This document shows, piece by piece, positions 1 to 12,131 of a stretch of 41,941 nt of DNA. The stretch is from assembly GCF_006345805.1 (NCBI RefSeq), contig NW_021835293.1, positions 1 through 41,941 on the forward strand, read 5' to 3'. Both the position numbers and the translations under genes were made by a program. Position 1 is the stretch's first letter; every line of letters begins with the position of its first letter. Source of the DNA: Octopus sinensis (taxonomy: Eukaryota). The notes under the pieces were generated by a model, which was given only the letters and a program-made list of their open reading frames with translations, searched no databases and was not told the DNA's origin.

Positions 1-77
1 TGGGTCGATTTTCTCGACTAAAGGCGGGCTCCAGCATGGCCACAGTCAAATGACTGAAACACATAAAGAGTAAAAGA

Positions 78-79
<2 letters not shown>
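1..79 (+). mobile_element. 3' end of tRNA-derived SINE family A (octopus OK/OR-type; exact family name not verified)
   Basis: Matches the 3' end of full copies at 1931, 24133 and 37095 (ctccagcatggccacagtcaaatgactgaaac, then the gagtaaaa tail). Confidence 0.9.
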
Positions 80-117
<38 letters not shown>

Positions 118-129
118 TATATTATATAT

Positions 130-649
130 ATTTTGCTTTGCCAGATTCTTGATGTGAATTCGTGTGTTGAAATTGATATTGTTGTATTTGGGAATGGTCA
201 TGTTGCCAGTTTCGCCAATAAAAACACACGCCTCAGCTATATTTTATATAAATCATTTTTCGGCCAGAGTTCTTTCGTCACACTTCTGTGACCTCATCAG
301 TGGTCCTTTGCTTTCTTATTTCTTTTGTGTGTCTTTCCTTACAAATGATCAGCCATTTTGTATTCCTATTGTATTTGTCTTTATTTACGCATGCGTATAC
401 CCCTGTGTGTGTCCATGTTTAGTAAGTGTGCGTGTGTGTGGGAATGTGCCTGTATTATCAGTATACTCTGTTTATATACGTTCGTTTAATTTGTTTTTAT
501 TTATTTTGTTCATTTGTTTATACCTACTTATTTATTCACAGTCGAAATACGTTTAATATAAAATAAAGCTGGAGCAAATGAATACCAAATATATAGTGCG
601 TGTGTATTTATCGGCTAAACTGGGCAACATGACCATCCCCAAATACAAT

Positions 650-650
<1 letters not shown>
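130..650 (-). mobile_element. Fold-back, hammerhead-carrying non-autonomous element, probably derived from a Penelope-like pseudo-LTR
   Basis: Imperfect inverted repeat 181-231 vs ~597-648; hammerhead motif at 262-306 (-); homologous to 37987-38378. Confidence 0.65.
262..306 (-). ncRNA. Minimal type I hammerhead ribozyme motif
   Basis: Minus strand reads GGACCA-CUGAUGA-G-GUCACA-GAAG-UGUGAC-GAAA-GAAC-UC/UGGCC: intact core, 6-bp stem II, CCA/UGG stem I, one extra G after A9, predicted cut between 267 and 266. Confidence 0.7.
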
Positions 651-692
<42 letters not shown>

Positions 693-702
693 ATATATAT
701 AG

Positions 703-1014
703 TCTTACTCTTTTACACATTTCAGTCATGGTACTTATTCTATCGGTCTCTTTTGCCGAACCGCTAATTTTCAGGGATATAAACACCCCAACATTGCTTG
801 TCGAGCGATGGTGGGGGACAAAGACAGACACAAAGACACACACACACACACATAAAAATATATATACTTATATATATACACGGCGGGCTTCTTTCAGTTT
901 CCGTCTACCAAATCCACTCACAAGACTTTGGTCGGCCCGAGGCTATAGTAGAAGATACTTGCCCAAGATGCCATGTGGTTGGTAAGCAAGCTACTTACCA
1001 CACAGCCACTCCTG
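703..1014 (-). mobile_element. SINE family A, internally deleted
   Basis: Reverse complement of the family A head (aggagtggctgtgtggtaagtagc), body and tail, with gaps. Confidence 0.9.
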
Positions 1015-1930
1015 TGATATTTTTGCATTATATCAAGTATTAAGAATATAGTAACTAGGATCTGAAAATTGGGGGAGAGAATTAGTAATAATAATGTTCT
1101 GACTTCGAATCCGCGGTTATCTTCCTTCAGACATGTCTGAACCTTCTTTGCCCTAGGGCAGCTTGCACCTTTTTACCGATATTTCTCTTCCCCTGAAAAC
1201 CTAGGGAGATGTCTAAACAAAAATTAGAGCTCTCTCACACACCTGCTGGAAGGCCATTGACTTCGAGTCCATCTGTATTTTGACAGGTTTTGTTTTTTAT
1301 CCTGCAGGGTGTCCAACGAAGACTACCCTCATTATCAAGCAGTCTCTCTAGCGCTCCAGGTGTGGTCGCTGACGGCCTGAATATGCGACAGGTTGTGCGG
1401 GTTTGCATGTAATTTACAACAGTAAGATTGATCTAGCAGAAAAACACACACTCACACACACAATTACACACACAGATACATGCCCGCATACACACACACA
1501 CAGACACAAACAGACGCATGCGCTTACACATGCTAAACGGGAATAAATACAAAAATAAATCTAATAAATAATATAATTAGAGTTGAATCATTTTCCACTC
1601 ATTACTGCATTCGTTAAGCTATATCTATAAATCCTAATTTGTAATTCAATGTTACATTCACACATACACACAATATGTATACACTTAGGCGCCACGCACA
1701 ATATGTATGCATATACGCGCTCACACTCAGAGTGACATGTAAATGCTTGTGTAATAAAAACTTCTGTGGCTTACATATTTCGTTGCTTCAAGCAATTGCA
1801 GTTTTCGTTCGTAATCGAGTTAATGAAACCGAAAACAATTATAAGCCGTATTATTTTTCTGGTTGCAATAGTAGTTATGTGGGAACAGAAAAGATTATAC
1901 CAAAATATTATACCAAAATTTTACCATATA

Positions 1931-2352
1931 GGCGCAGGAGTGGCCGTGTGGTAAGTAGCTTGCTAACCAACCACATGGTTCCGGTTCAGTCCCACTGCGT
2001 GGCATCTTGGGCAAATGTCTTCTGCTATAAGCCCCGGGCCGACCAATGCCTTGTGAGTGATTTGGTAGACGGAAACTGAAAGAAGCCTGTCGTATATATG
2101 TATATATATATATAAGTGTGTGTGTATATGTTTGTGTATCTGTGTTTGTCCCCCTAGCATGCTTGACAACCGATGCTGGTGTGTTTACGTCCCGTCACTT
2201 AGCGGTTCGGCAAAAGAGACCGATAGAGAAAGTACTGGGCTTACAAAGAATAAGTCCCGGGGTCAATTTGCTCGACTAAAGGTGGTGCTCCAGCATGGCC
2301 GCAGTCAAATGACTGAAACAAGTAAAAGAGAGTAAAAGTGAGTAAAGAGAGA
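1931..2352 (+). mobile_element. SINE family A, full length
   Basis: tRNA-like head ggcgcaggagtggccgtgtggtaag with B-box-like ggttcagtccc; internal (TA)n(TG)n; gagtaaaa tail. Confidence 0.95.
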
Positions 2353-2519
2353 GTATACAAGCATACACGTATACACACACGTTCATGGTAGTCTTTCGTA
2401 GTCCGAAAACGATGGTTCTGCAATTTCGTGCTAAACAACTTGCACAAATAATTTGTTTGTAGCTATAAAATGTATGTGTTGTACATTAGAGCGCTCCGTT
2501 CATCAAATGAATGTTGCCT

Positions 2520-2670
2520 GAAGAGGTGCTCATGGTGTACCACGCGTCATGTCGAAGTGATAGCAGATCAATAGGAGAAGCAGTGCTTTGCTCAAGAACA
2601 CGATGTACTGGCTGGTTCAAGTATCGAAACCATGACCTCACAATTGCGAGTGTATCACCGTAACCACTTG
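2520..2670 (-). mobile_element. Old degenerate tRNA-derived SINE head
   Basis: Minus strand agtggttacggtg...ggtttcgatac, followed by gtgttcttgagcaaagcact. Confidence 0.5.
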
Positions 2671-2677
2671 GAATTCG

Positions 2678-2779
<102 letters not shown>

Positions 2780-2789
2780 CTATTATACT

Positions 2790-2951
2790 TATGAGAGGTA
2801 TGACCACTATGTGGACAACCCTTATGCTAGAAGTAGATCGGCTATGGGCTTACCACTAAGAAATTTTATTGCGAACATTTCTTAGTGGTAAGACCATAGC
2901 GGATCTACTTCTAGCATAAGGGTTGTCCACATAGTGGCCATCCCTCTCATA
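2790..2951. repeat. 162-bp near-perfect palindrome (MITE-like)
   Basis: 75-bp arms 2790-2864 and 2877-2951 with 4 mismatches, 12-nt loop, TA at both ends. Confidence 0.9.
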
Positions 2952-4112
2952 TGTATGTATCTTTGTTGTCGTTGACGTTGCCGACATCGCTGACGCTGTT
3001 GGTGCATCGCATGTCATTATCGATCCCGTCATCATCATAAGCCTCATGACCACTCTCGATTAAATAGGAAAGGATGTTACCCTTGTTAAACTTAACCCCT
3101 GCAGCTTGCAATATACTCCACCTTTTTCTTCTTATTCAACATCCGCCAGAAATGTATTCAATTTAGTCTCCCTCATACTCTCACTCTCTCTTCCTCCCAC
3201 CTACACATTTCTTACCCATTTCCTAAGATGCGAGTAGCCGAGTTTTTTCTGCCTTTATTTTTGAATATTTTATTTTTTGTTCATTTATTTCGGGGTATTT
3301 TCTGAGAACTACGGAAGGACGTTCATTTTATGTACTTGCCCTCACACAAACTTAACCTTCGATCCAGTATGTGACCTTATTCTTCGCTATCTTGGCTGTG
3401 TTCGCCAAATCATATTCCCACACACTCCACTTGAAGCGAAGAATGTAAGGCGTAAGACGCGAACGGATGACTAATTTAGTCAATAAAATATCACAGTAAA
3501 ATAACATTAATATGGAAATTCTAGTTTGACAGCGTGGAAGTTATGCCCAGTAAAGCAGACATATACAAAAAGAAAATGGTTTTTGCTGACGAAAATATGC
3601 ATTAAATTCGTATCATGAATGAAATAAAACGTGTTGGATAATATTCGAAACTCGACGAAGTAGCCCAATGAAAAGAATGAAAGCGAAAATATAGCCATGT
3701 TGAATATTTATGTTTGCCGAAGAAAACCACGTACTTAGAGAATTAGTACACATAAAAACACTGGAATTTATTATTTGGTGGGGCGGGCAGATAGAAGGCG
3801 TTGAGAATGTCGTTGACCAAATAATATGTTGAGTTCGTATGATGAAGCAAAGTGTGAGGAGTAGAAAGAGTCTACTCTTCATGGTGTGCCAGAGGGAAAG
3901 AATCATCAAAACCAAATGTTTTTGTTTGACTGAACGAAAACTGTGTCAAATAAAGCAGCTTATCAAATAAAATTAACCAAATTGTATTTCGGAGGAAGAG
4001 AATAAATACAAATAATTATGCGACCATTTTCAGTCCACCACTCGGTACCAGAAATGAGGAATCACATCGTATGGAAGAAAGATTCAATTATTATAAGTAG
4101 ATTACATTTGAC

Positions 4113-4343
4113 GGCGGCGAACTGGCAGAAACGTTAGCACGCCGGGTGAAATGCTTAGCGGTATTTCGTCTGCCGTTACGTGCTGAGTTCAAATTCCACC
4201 GAGGTCGACTTAGCCTTTCATCCTTTCGGGGTCGATAAATTAAGTACCAGTTACACACTGGGGTCGATGTAATCGACTTAATCCGTTTGTCTGTCCTTGT
4301 TTGTCCTCTCTGTGTTTAGCCCCTTGTGGGTAGTAAAGAAATA
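4113..4343 (+). mobile_element. tRNA-derived SINE family B (Nin/Deu-domain-like core), full length with TSD
   Basis: ggcggcgaactggcagaa head, gagttcaaattcc B box, cctttcggggtcgataaattaagtaccag core; 16-bp direct repeat tataagtagattacat at 4092-4107 and 4344-4359. Confidence 0.95.
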
Positions 4344-6049
4344 TATAAGTAGATTACATGTTGAGCAGGTCAAAACTGATGTTTGTTTGGCTAATAAAGG
4401 AAGGATATTAATGAAGACATTTTGATTGCAGTGAAATGATTGTTTGGGAGTTCATAGCTAAGTGCGTCTGCTCCTAACAAGGAAAATATCATAAGTCGTA
4501 AAACAATAACACATCAAGTCATCCTTAATACATTATGGCGGTCTCAAGCCAGAAATAGCTGATCGTTGTTGGCTTTCGTCATCGGAGAATATCTAATCCC
4601 TTTGCATGATGTTTGTTCATAACACGTGAGTCACCGGTGTAAGGGAACTCTGAGATGCTGCGCCGTTTCGAATTTATTGGGTACTTTTTCAGCAATTATT
4701 TCCAGATGCATGTTGATAACTGCAAAGAAATGCACGCAGAATAACGGGAATCCAACCAAAATGTATCCATTCGTGATTATCTGATTATCTGTTGTATTTC
4801 GCCATCGGAGATCAAGTCTTCTCGTTAGATGTTGTGTGTTTATAAAACGCGATTCATCTGTTGAAGAGAACTTGGACGAACCGTGGTGTTTCGACCAACT
4901 ATCGAAACATATTGATGCATAGGAGACAAATTAAACCTTAGTAGTATCATTCTACCTGTTGCCAGAATAGTTATTAAAGGACAAACACACTACGACATTC
5001 TAGTATGTGCCAGGCTCCAACGCCCCAGGTGACTTATGTAACATCGTCCTTATTGTCAATTAGAAACCTTCGTAAACCTGATAATCTTTATATAACCTGT
5101 GGTTAACCTGGTTGGTTTATGTTCAGTGTGTATTCAAGCATACTAATAACTATAAAGAATTAATTGTTTTAAATTAATTTGAGGATGAAGGTTGAGTATT
5201 TCGAAGCAACAGACCATACTCAGATTATTCAAATCCATAAATAACTGGTATAATTTTCAAGTGCATCAAATTAACGAAAGGTAATAATCGTTTCGTCATC
5301 GAGGTTGCTAACTCTGAGGATAAACTGTCATTGTTCACTAGTCTGTGTACAAAGACGTCTATATTAATTACAGATAATTTTCGTTGGCTTTAATTTATGG
5401 TAATTAGATATCGCATATCATGGAAACCAACTGACATCTAAATATTCTAACAACGGAATACAGTCTAAACACATTATCCATTTAACTATAATTATATATA
5501 TACGTATGTATATAGATAAATGAAAGAATGGAGTCGAACGACGATTTAATAAAATTCCTTTATTTTCGACATATGTTTCGAAGACTGCATATTCTTAATT
5601 CCGAAGGAATAAAGGGTGCATTATGTATATATATATATATGTATCTACGTATACACACATATGCACATTCTCACACGCACTATGAATATGATTGTACTCG
5701 TTAGTCTACTGTCTCAAATGTGACCGTTTTACTTGCGAACAGTTTCGTTTCTTATCAAACCAAATTTGTCTGGTTTCGCTTCGGCATCAAATTGTGAAGC
5801 ATATTAAATCACTTCACCTCATTCTGAGTTTAGACTTTTTCCTTTATGCTCACTGACAAGACACCTTATTTTAACTCTAGAAATCCTTTCCGAGTTTTTC
5901 AAGAATTTTCCATTAGTGGCCCTTCTCGCAGTGTAAAGAATTTCGAATATTAGATGCTTTCGAATTTCGGATTTGCGAATGAAAGCTTAAGCAACTGCAC
6001 TTGAAAACGAAAATGAAATCGGATTTATGTAAATTAGCAAATTATTTAT

Positions 6050-6508
6050 TACTCTTTTACTTGTTTCAGTCATTTGACTGTGGCCATGCTGCAGCACCGC
6101 CTTTAGCCGAGCAACAAATCGACCCCAGGATTTATTCTTTATAAGCCTAGTACTTATTCTATCGGTCTCTTTTGCCGAACCGCTACATTACGGGGACGTA
6201 AATACATCAGCATCGGTTGTCAAGCGATGTTGGGGGGAACAAACACAGACACACAACACACACACACACCCACACACACACATACATGTATATATATATA
6301 TATATATAATATATATTATATATATATATAATATATACATATATACGACGGGCTTCTTTCAGTTTCCGTCTACCAAATCCACTCACATGGCTTTGGTCAG
6401 CCCGAGGCTATAGTAGAAGACACTTGGCCAAGGTGGCACGCAGTGCGACTGAACCCGGAACCATGTGATTCGTAAGCCAGCTACTTACCACGCAGCCATT
6501 CCTACGCC
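6050..6508 (-). mobile_element. SINE family A, full length
   Basis: Reverse complement aligns along its length with the 1931 and 24133 copies. Confidence 0.95.
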
Positions 6509-7434
6509 TATTAGCCGATTATAAATTGTTTTATTCATATCGATATCTAACATAGGCATCGAACATTACACACTAGGTAGACGATTAATCGGTTGTATCA
6601 ATACTTCTAGTACACTCACACTTAATTCATCGACGTCGGACGGACGTAAAACAAAGATGTCTTTGGAGGGATTCGAAATCACAATGTAAAGAAACCTAAC
6701 TGAACACCAGAAAGAGTATAAGCGTTCGAGTCGATAGAGTATCGAGTAAACCATGTGTCTATTTTTAATCTTTCACTTGTTTTCAGTTTTTGGATGACAA
6801 CCATGCGGCACCACCGCCTTGAAATATCTCAGTCGAAGAAATTGAAGTTAGTAATTATGCATTTAATGAAGTCTAGTACGAAGCGCAACGTGTGCAGTCT
6901 AATATTCAACGAACGGGTGGATGTTGAGGAACAGACAAAAACAAATATCTGTCTCTATATCTATAAATCTTTTTCGTATGTAATTTGTCTGAATAATTAA
7001 TTTTAGGTTGAAAGTTTGAAAAAGACTTTTGACTCATTCTGGTATAATTCCGTTTAGCCTTATACTAATGATAAATAATAATCTTGTTAATCCATTTATT
7101 GTTTTATTAATGCTTTGATCTGTCTGTGACATCATGTCGTGAGTGTTATTTTTGTAATTTTAATTTCACCTCGAAGATGTAAAGCAAGGAATGACAATTG
7201 CGCATTGGCTCTTGGCATAATAGACTGTCGATGCCGAGGCAAAGTTTAAAATATGGTTTTTAATATCTTCTTAAAAAGATTAAAGTAATAATGAGAAAGT
7301 TCTTAATAAAATTGCAGGCAAAATAAAGATATATGGAATATTCATAGAAACACCCATTCGCAAAACACACACACACACACACACACACACCACATACACA
7401 CCACACATACACACACACGCACACACGCACGCAC

Positions 7435-7714
7435 TGCTGTATCGCCAATTGTTACGACGACCCATTTTTACACAATAGCTGAGCAGTAACAATTAAACAT
7501 ATAAGAAAGCAGGATAACAACAATGTAACAATCCAACAAACCCTACACGGACTATACACGAACCAACAAACGATATTCCGACAAACTACCAAAACGACAC
7601 CTTACAACATCCTGCGATTAACGTCCACTCTCGCTCTATCTCACCCAGACCGCTTCTATTTATAATCGTGCGGTCAAGTCTATTCTCGCAAGGGAAAAGA
7701 ATATGGCCACAACG
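7435..7714 (-). repeat. 3' LTR
   Basis: Direct repeat of 9580-9879 (shared tgtatcgccaattgttacgacga...cacggactatacacgaaccaacaaacgatattcc...aagtctattctcgca). Confidence 0.9.
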
Positions 7715-7959
7715 TCTTCCCCTTTTGAGATTTCGACTTCCGTTGAATATTTTATTATTATTTTTTTTCTTTTTCTCCGAACCTCTCCCTTTTTGAAATT
7801 TTGCTTCCCCAGGGAGTTTAGACTCTTTGTCGAAGATCGATTTAATATTTCGAGATATCAATAACTCTGCAGGACTTGCCTGAACTGGTATTCGGATTGA
7901 GCGTTATTCTGTACGCCCTTAAGAATCTACCTAGCGCTCCGTCATTTCTTAACTCGTTC

Positions 7960-9322
7960 TTTGATTTTTTAGTGCTTCTTTGAATGTATCTACGAATTGT
8001 TCTGCTTGCCCATTTGAGCTCAGGTGGTAGGGCGGGGTCAATATGTGCTTGACTGTGTGTATGTTGCAGAATTTCTTGAACTGGTATCCTTTAAATTGTG
8101 TTCCATTGTCCTTTACTATAGTGTCCGGAACACCTTATCGAGCTAAAAGTTCGTACAGGAAATTTATTGTTGCCTTCAAGGATGGTTGACTATGCTTACA
8201 TACTCCAGCCACTTAGTAAAGCTATCAATAATGGTCAAGTAGTGAGCGCATTTCACTTGTCCAGCGTCGTCTATATGTACCATGGACCACAGACTATCAG
8301 TCTCAGGCCACGATTGGTATTTCACCGGTGTGCCTTGCCTGCTAGCGCACAACCTCTGCATGATTTCACCAATTTTTCATTGTCCCAGTCCATTATCGGC
8401 CAATATATGCAACTCCTCATCAAAGCTTTCATTCTTGACATCCCCGGGTGTCCATTATGAAATTCGTGTAATATCCATTTCTGTTCAGCAGTTGGTATTA
8501 CCAACTGAATCATCACAGAGTGAAAAATGTTCCGTTCGTGTTTCTCTTTTGTTTATTTTCCAAGATTTCCTTCATTTTTATGATATATTTGTCCTCCGCT
8601 AATTTACTTTTTATTTCTGTCTTTTACAGTTACTGCCAACTCCTGTATGACAAAAGTTTTAATTTCTTTTTCTGTCTGTAATGCGGCTATCACCTTATCT
8701 TCCAGCAGTTCCGCATTCTTCGGAATTAGCCTAGATAAACAATCCGCACGACAAACTTCTTAGAATGAATGTACTCCATCTTAAAGTTGTGATTTAACAA
8801 TATTGTACCTCAGCGTTGTAATCGCTCAGCTGTATGGATAAGAATTCCTTTCTTCGATCCGAAAATTGATAGTAACGGTCGTTGGTCCGTCTGAAGCCGA
8901 AAACTTCTACTGTGGAGAAATCTGTGAAATTTCTTCACGGCAAAAATATTCGCTAGAGCTTCTTCCTCTGTCTGACTGTAATTTTTTTGCCGCAATCAGA
9001 GAACGTGGAGCATGAACCACCGCCTTCATATTACCGTCTTTATATTTGTGTAGCACAACTGCCCCTACGCTGCGTTCAGAAGCATCAGAAGCTACAGCAA
9101 TCTCCGCTGCAGGATCGAAATGAGTCATCGACAAATCCGAAATTAATGTTTTAATATCTTGAAACGCCTTTTGAAAGTTATTTAACCAATTCCATTTTGG
9201 CGTTTTTCTTTAGCAAATTATTAAAGGGAGCTCTAAAGTCATACATGTCTGGTATGTAATTTCGATAATAATTCGCTAGGCCAAGAAAAACTTGTAATGT
9301 CGCTATGTTAGTTGGGGGAGGT
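7960..9322 (-). pseudogene. Gypsy pol remnant (RT C-terminus, RNase H, integrase), frameshifted
   Basis: PPTNIATLQVFLGLANYYRNYIP; ASDASERSVGAVVLH; NYSQTEEEALANIFAVKKFHRFL; HNGHPGMSRMKALMRSCIYWP...CRGC; PYHLSSNGQAEQFVDTFK. Confidence 0.92.
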
Positions 9323-9579
9323 CATAACTGAATTCTGATATAGAGTTCGATACGCGTTTGGCGAAAACGAACTTATAGTGTTTCCGGACTTCTTAAGACA
9401 TAGCTGTTGTTGTTTTTTCCTTGTTGCTGTAGTAGTTGTTTCTGCTACTCCTGTTACTGTTCGAGCTGTTGCTTTGCAACTGTATTATAGAAGCTAGTAG
9501 GTTTTCCATCATTAACAACTTGGTAACACAAAAATTTGTTAACTGACCTTCGTGAGCTTCGAATCATCGTCGCTAATAT

Positions 9580-9879
9580 TGTTGTATCGCCAATTGTTAC
9601 GACGATACTTTTTTTTACATAATAGCTGAGCAGTAACAATAAAACATATAAGAAAGCAAGGTAACAACAACGTAACATTCCAGCAACTCTTCACGGACTA
9701 TACACGAACCAACAAACGATATTCCAACAAACTACCAAAAGGACTCCTAAGGACTTCTTGCGATTAAAGAATACTCAAAGAATACTCTCACTAAAGAATA
9801 CTCTCACTCAAACCGTTACCATTTATAGTCGTTCGTTAAGTCTATTCTCGCAGGGAATGCCGTGAATCTCGTCACAACA
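9580..9879 (-). repeat. 5' LTR
   Basis: TG...CA termini (tgttgtatcg...cacaaca); paralogous to 7435-7714. Confidence 0.9.
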
Positions 9880-9903
9880 CATACATACATACATACATAC
9901 ATA

Positions 9904-10283
9904 TGTGTGGTAAGTAGCTTGCTTACCAACCACATGGTTCCGGGTTCACTCTCACTGCGTGTCATCTTGGGCAAGTGTCTTCTACTATAGCCTCGGGCCG
10001 ACCAAAGCCTTGTGAGTGGATTTGGTAGACGGAAACTGAAAGAAGCCCGTCGTATATATATATATATATATATATATAGATATATATGTATGTGCGTTTA
10101 TATGTTTGTGTGTCAGTGTTCGTCCACCCAACCTCGCTTGACAACCGATGCTGGTGTGTTTACGTCTCTGTAACTTAGCGGTTCGGCAAAAGAGACCGAT
10201 AGAATGAGTACTAGGCTTACAAAGAATAAGTCATGGCCGCAGTCAAATGACTGAAACAAGTAAACGAGTGAAGAGTAAAGAGT
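9904..10283 (+). mobile_element. SINE family A, slightly 5'-truncated with an internal deletion
   Basis: Aligns with the other family A copies. Confidence 0.92.
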
Positions 10284-10584
10284 ATATTGACTTCAACTAT
10301 GCAGCCTCAGTGAAACACCAGACAGGAACATAAACTCTATTAAATGTTCAATGGGTAGTTTGAAAGCCACAAAGTACGTAGATAGAGTTCATTCTTTTGA
10401 AAGCTGTCGAATTGTGTTAAATATTCATTCAGATATCCGTTTGTATCAGATGTCACTTCGTCACTTCACACGCGATCTCACGAACTGAAATCGTTCCCAC
10501 ACAAGCCACAAGACACAAAGAACCTGTGCCCGATGTATGTATGTGTGTTCATATCTTACTTACTCCGTCTATTGTGTGTGAGCG

Positions 10585-10646
<62 letters not shown>

Positions 10647-10778
10647 AGGAGTAAGTAAGATATATATATATAAGCATACATATTTTTCTTTCTCTGGCTA
10701 TTTATCTCTCCCACTCTCTCGCCCTCTTTGTATATATGTAGTATTCTTTTTTTGTCATATATATTATTATTATATATA

Positions 10779-10827
<49 letters not shown>

Positions 10828-10850
10828 CATGTTATAGCCTATCGTAGTTG

Positions 10851-10885
<35 letters not shown>

Positions 10886-11155
10886 TTTATACACATATCT
10901 TTCTGTATGCATATGTTATAGCCTATCGTAAGTTGTTAACGAAAAGAAAATACTATATTAAAATGTAAAATTTATTGAAGTAGAAATCATTAGTATATAA
11001 GTAAATAAGGTATATAATTGTTTTGAAAATAAATCTTATATTCACATCAAATGTTCAAAAGGTATTTCTGCATTTTTTGAAAATTTTGGAAATCGATGCG
11101 TCAAATTTGGGACATAAATCAGCAATCAATCAATGAAATTATTTGATGGTATAGT

Positions 11156-11463
11156 TTGTTGTTTGTTCCTTCTCGAGCCATGCCTGACTCATAAGGGCTG
11201 GTTTCCCGGTTTCCTTGGCGTATAGGTTCTCCACCTGGATGGGACGCCGGTCCGTCGCAGGTGAGCTGCAAGATGCAGGAGGAAAGAGTGAGAGAAAGTT
11301 GTGGCGAAAGAGTCAGCAGAAGTTCGCCATTACCTTCTGCCGGGGCCTCGTGGAGCTTTAGGTGTTCCGCTCATAAGCACACGCATCGACCGGTCTGAGG
11401 TTCGAACCTGCGATCCCTCGACCGCGAGCCCGCTGCTCTAACCACTAGGCCATGTGCCTCCAC
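11156..11463 (-). mobile_element. tRNA-derived SINE family C, full length with TSD
   Basis: Minus-strand head gtggaggcacatggcctagtggttagagc...tcgcg...ggttcgaacc (tRNA-Arg-like); (aaca)n tail; 10/11 TSD g(a/g)tggtatagt at 11145-11155 and 11464-11474; second copy at 26289. Confidence 0.93.
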
Positions 11464-11584
11464 GGTGGTATAGTCACTGGTTGTAAGCTTTCGATAATAC
11501 GTCTGATCGATTTCTTTGATCTGAGATTAGACAGTAACATAACGATAGCACACTACAGGATATAAACAAGTCAACAGTGAGGTT

Positions 11585-11754
11585 CGAGGAGGTCCTAAAA
11601 AGTTCCTGGCTTTGAGGGTATCGCGAAAGTCTTGGTTGGCGTTGCAATAAGTATGTCTGAATCTGAGAAGGGAATGTGTTGAATAAAATTACAAATAACT
11701 GATCCTTCTGCATTTTCTTTTACCCAAAGCCAGACATTTCTCAGCATCCCCTCG
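11585..11754. mobile_element. Short mariner-type MITE
   Basis: Imperfect TIRs cgaggaggtcctaaaaagttcctggctttg and the reverse complement of caaagccagacatttctcagcatcccctcg; TA on the right flank. Confidence 0.7.
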
Positions 11755-11767
11755 TAATGTTCTACAT

Positions 11768-12131
11768 CCGGGTTCAGTCCCACTGCGTGGCACCTTGGGC
11801 AAGTGTCTTCTACTATAGCCTCGGGCCGACCAAAGCCTTGTGAGTGGATTTGGTAGACGGAAACTGAAAGAAGCCCGTCGTATATATGTATATATATATT
11901 ATTATATATGCGTGTGTGTGTTTGTGTGTCTGTGTTTGTCCCCTAGCATTGCTTGACAACCGATGGTGGTGTGTTTATGTCCCCGTTACTTAGCGGTTCG
12001 GCAAAAGATACCGATAAAATAAGTACTGGGCTTACAAAAGAATAAGTCCCGGGGTCGAGTTGCTCAATTAAAAGGCGGTGCTCCAGCATGGCCGCAGTCA
12101 AATGACTGAAACAAGTAAAAGAGTAAAGAGT
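11768..12131 (+). mobile_element. SINE family A, 5'-truncated
   Basis: Starts at the B-box region and continues through the tail. Confidence 0.93.

Larger units (their letters stand above)
7435..9879 (-). mobile_element. Internally deleted Ty3/Gypsy LTR retrotransposon
   Basis: Two diverged ~280-300-bp LTRs (7435-7714, 9580-9879); polypurine tract aaaaggggaaga adjacent to the 3' LTR; PBS-like ttagcgacgatga adjacent to the 5' LTR; RT-RNaseH-integrase domain order. Confidence 0.92.

Noticed and set aside
1095-1160. Palindromes ttcagacatgtctgaa and tgccctagggca with a CTGAAGG...GAA-GTC motif on minus
   Set aside because: Core deviates at several invariant positions; at best a decayed remnant.
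3300-5400. Unique-looking stretches that may be very old transposon coding remnants
   Set aside because: No motif identified with confidence by eye.
5560-5625. GAAACATATGTC half-hammerhead on minus
   Set aside because: The CUGANGA half is absent (truncated by a microsatellite).
11385-11463. tRNA-Arg-like gene (also 26289-26365)
   Set aside because: It is the head of a SINE with body, tail and TSD; the acceptor stem is not intact.
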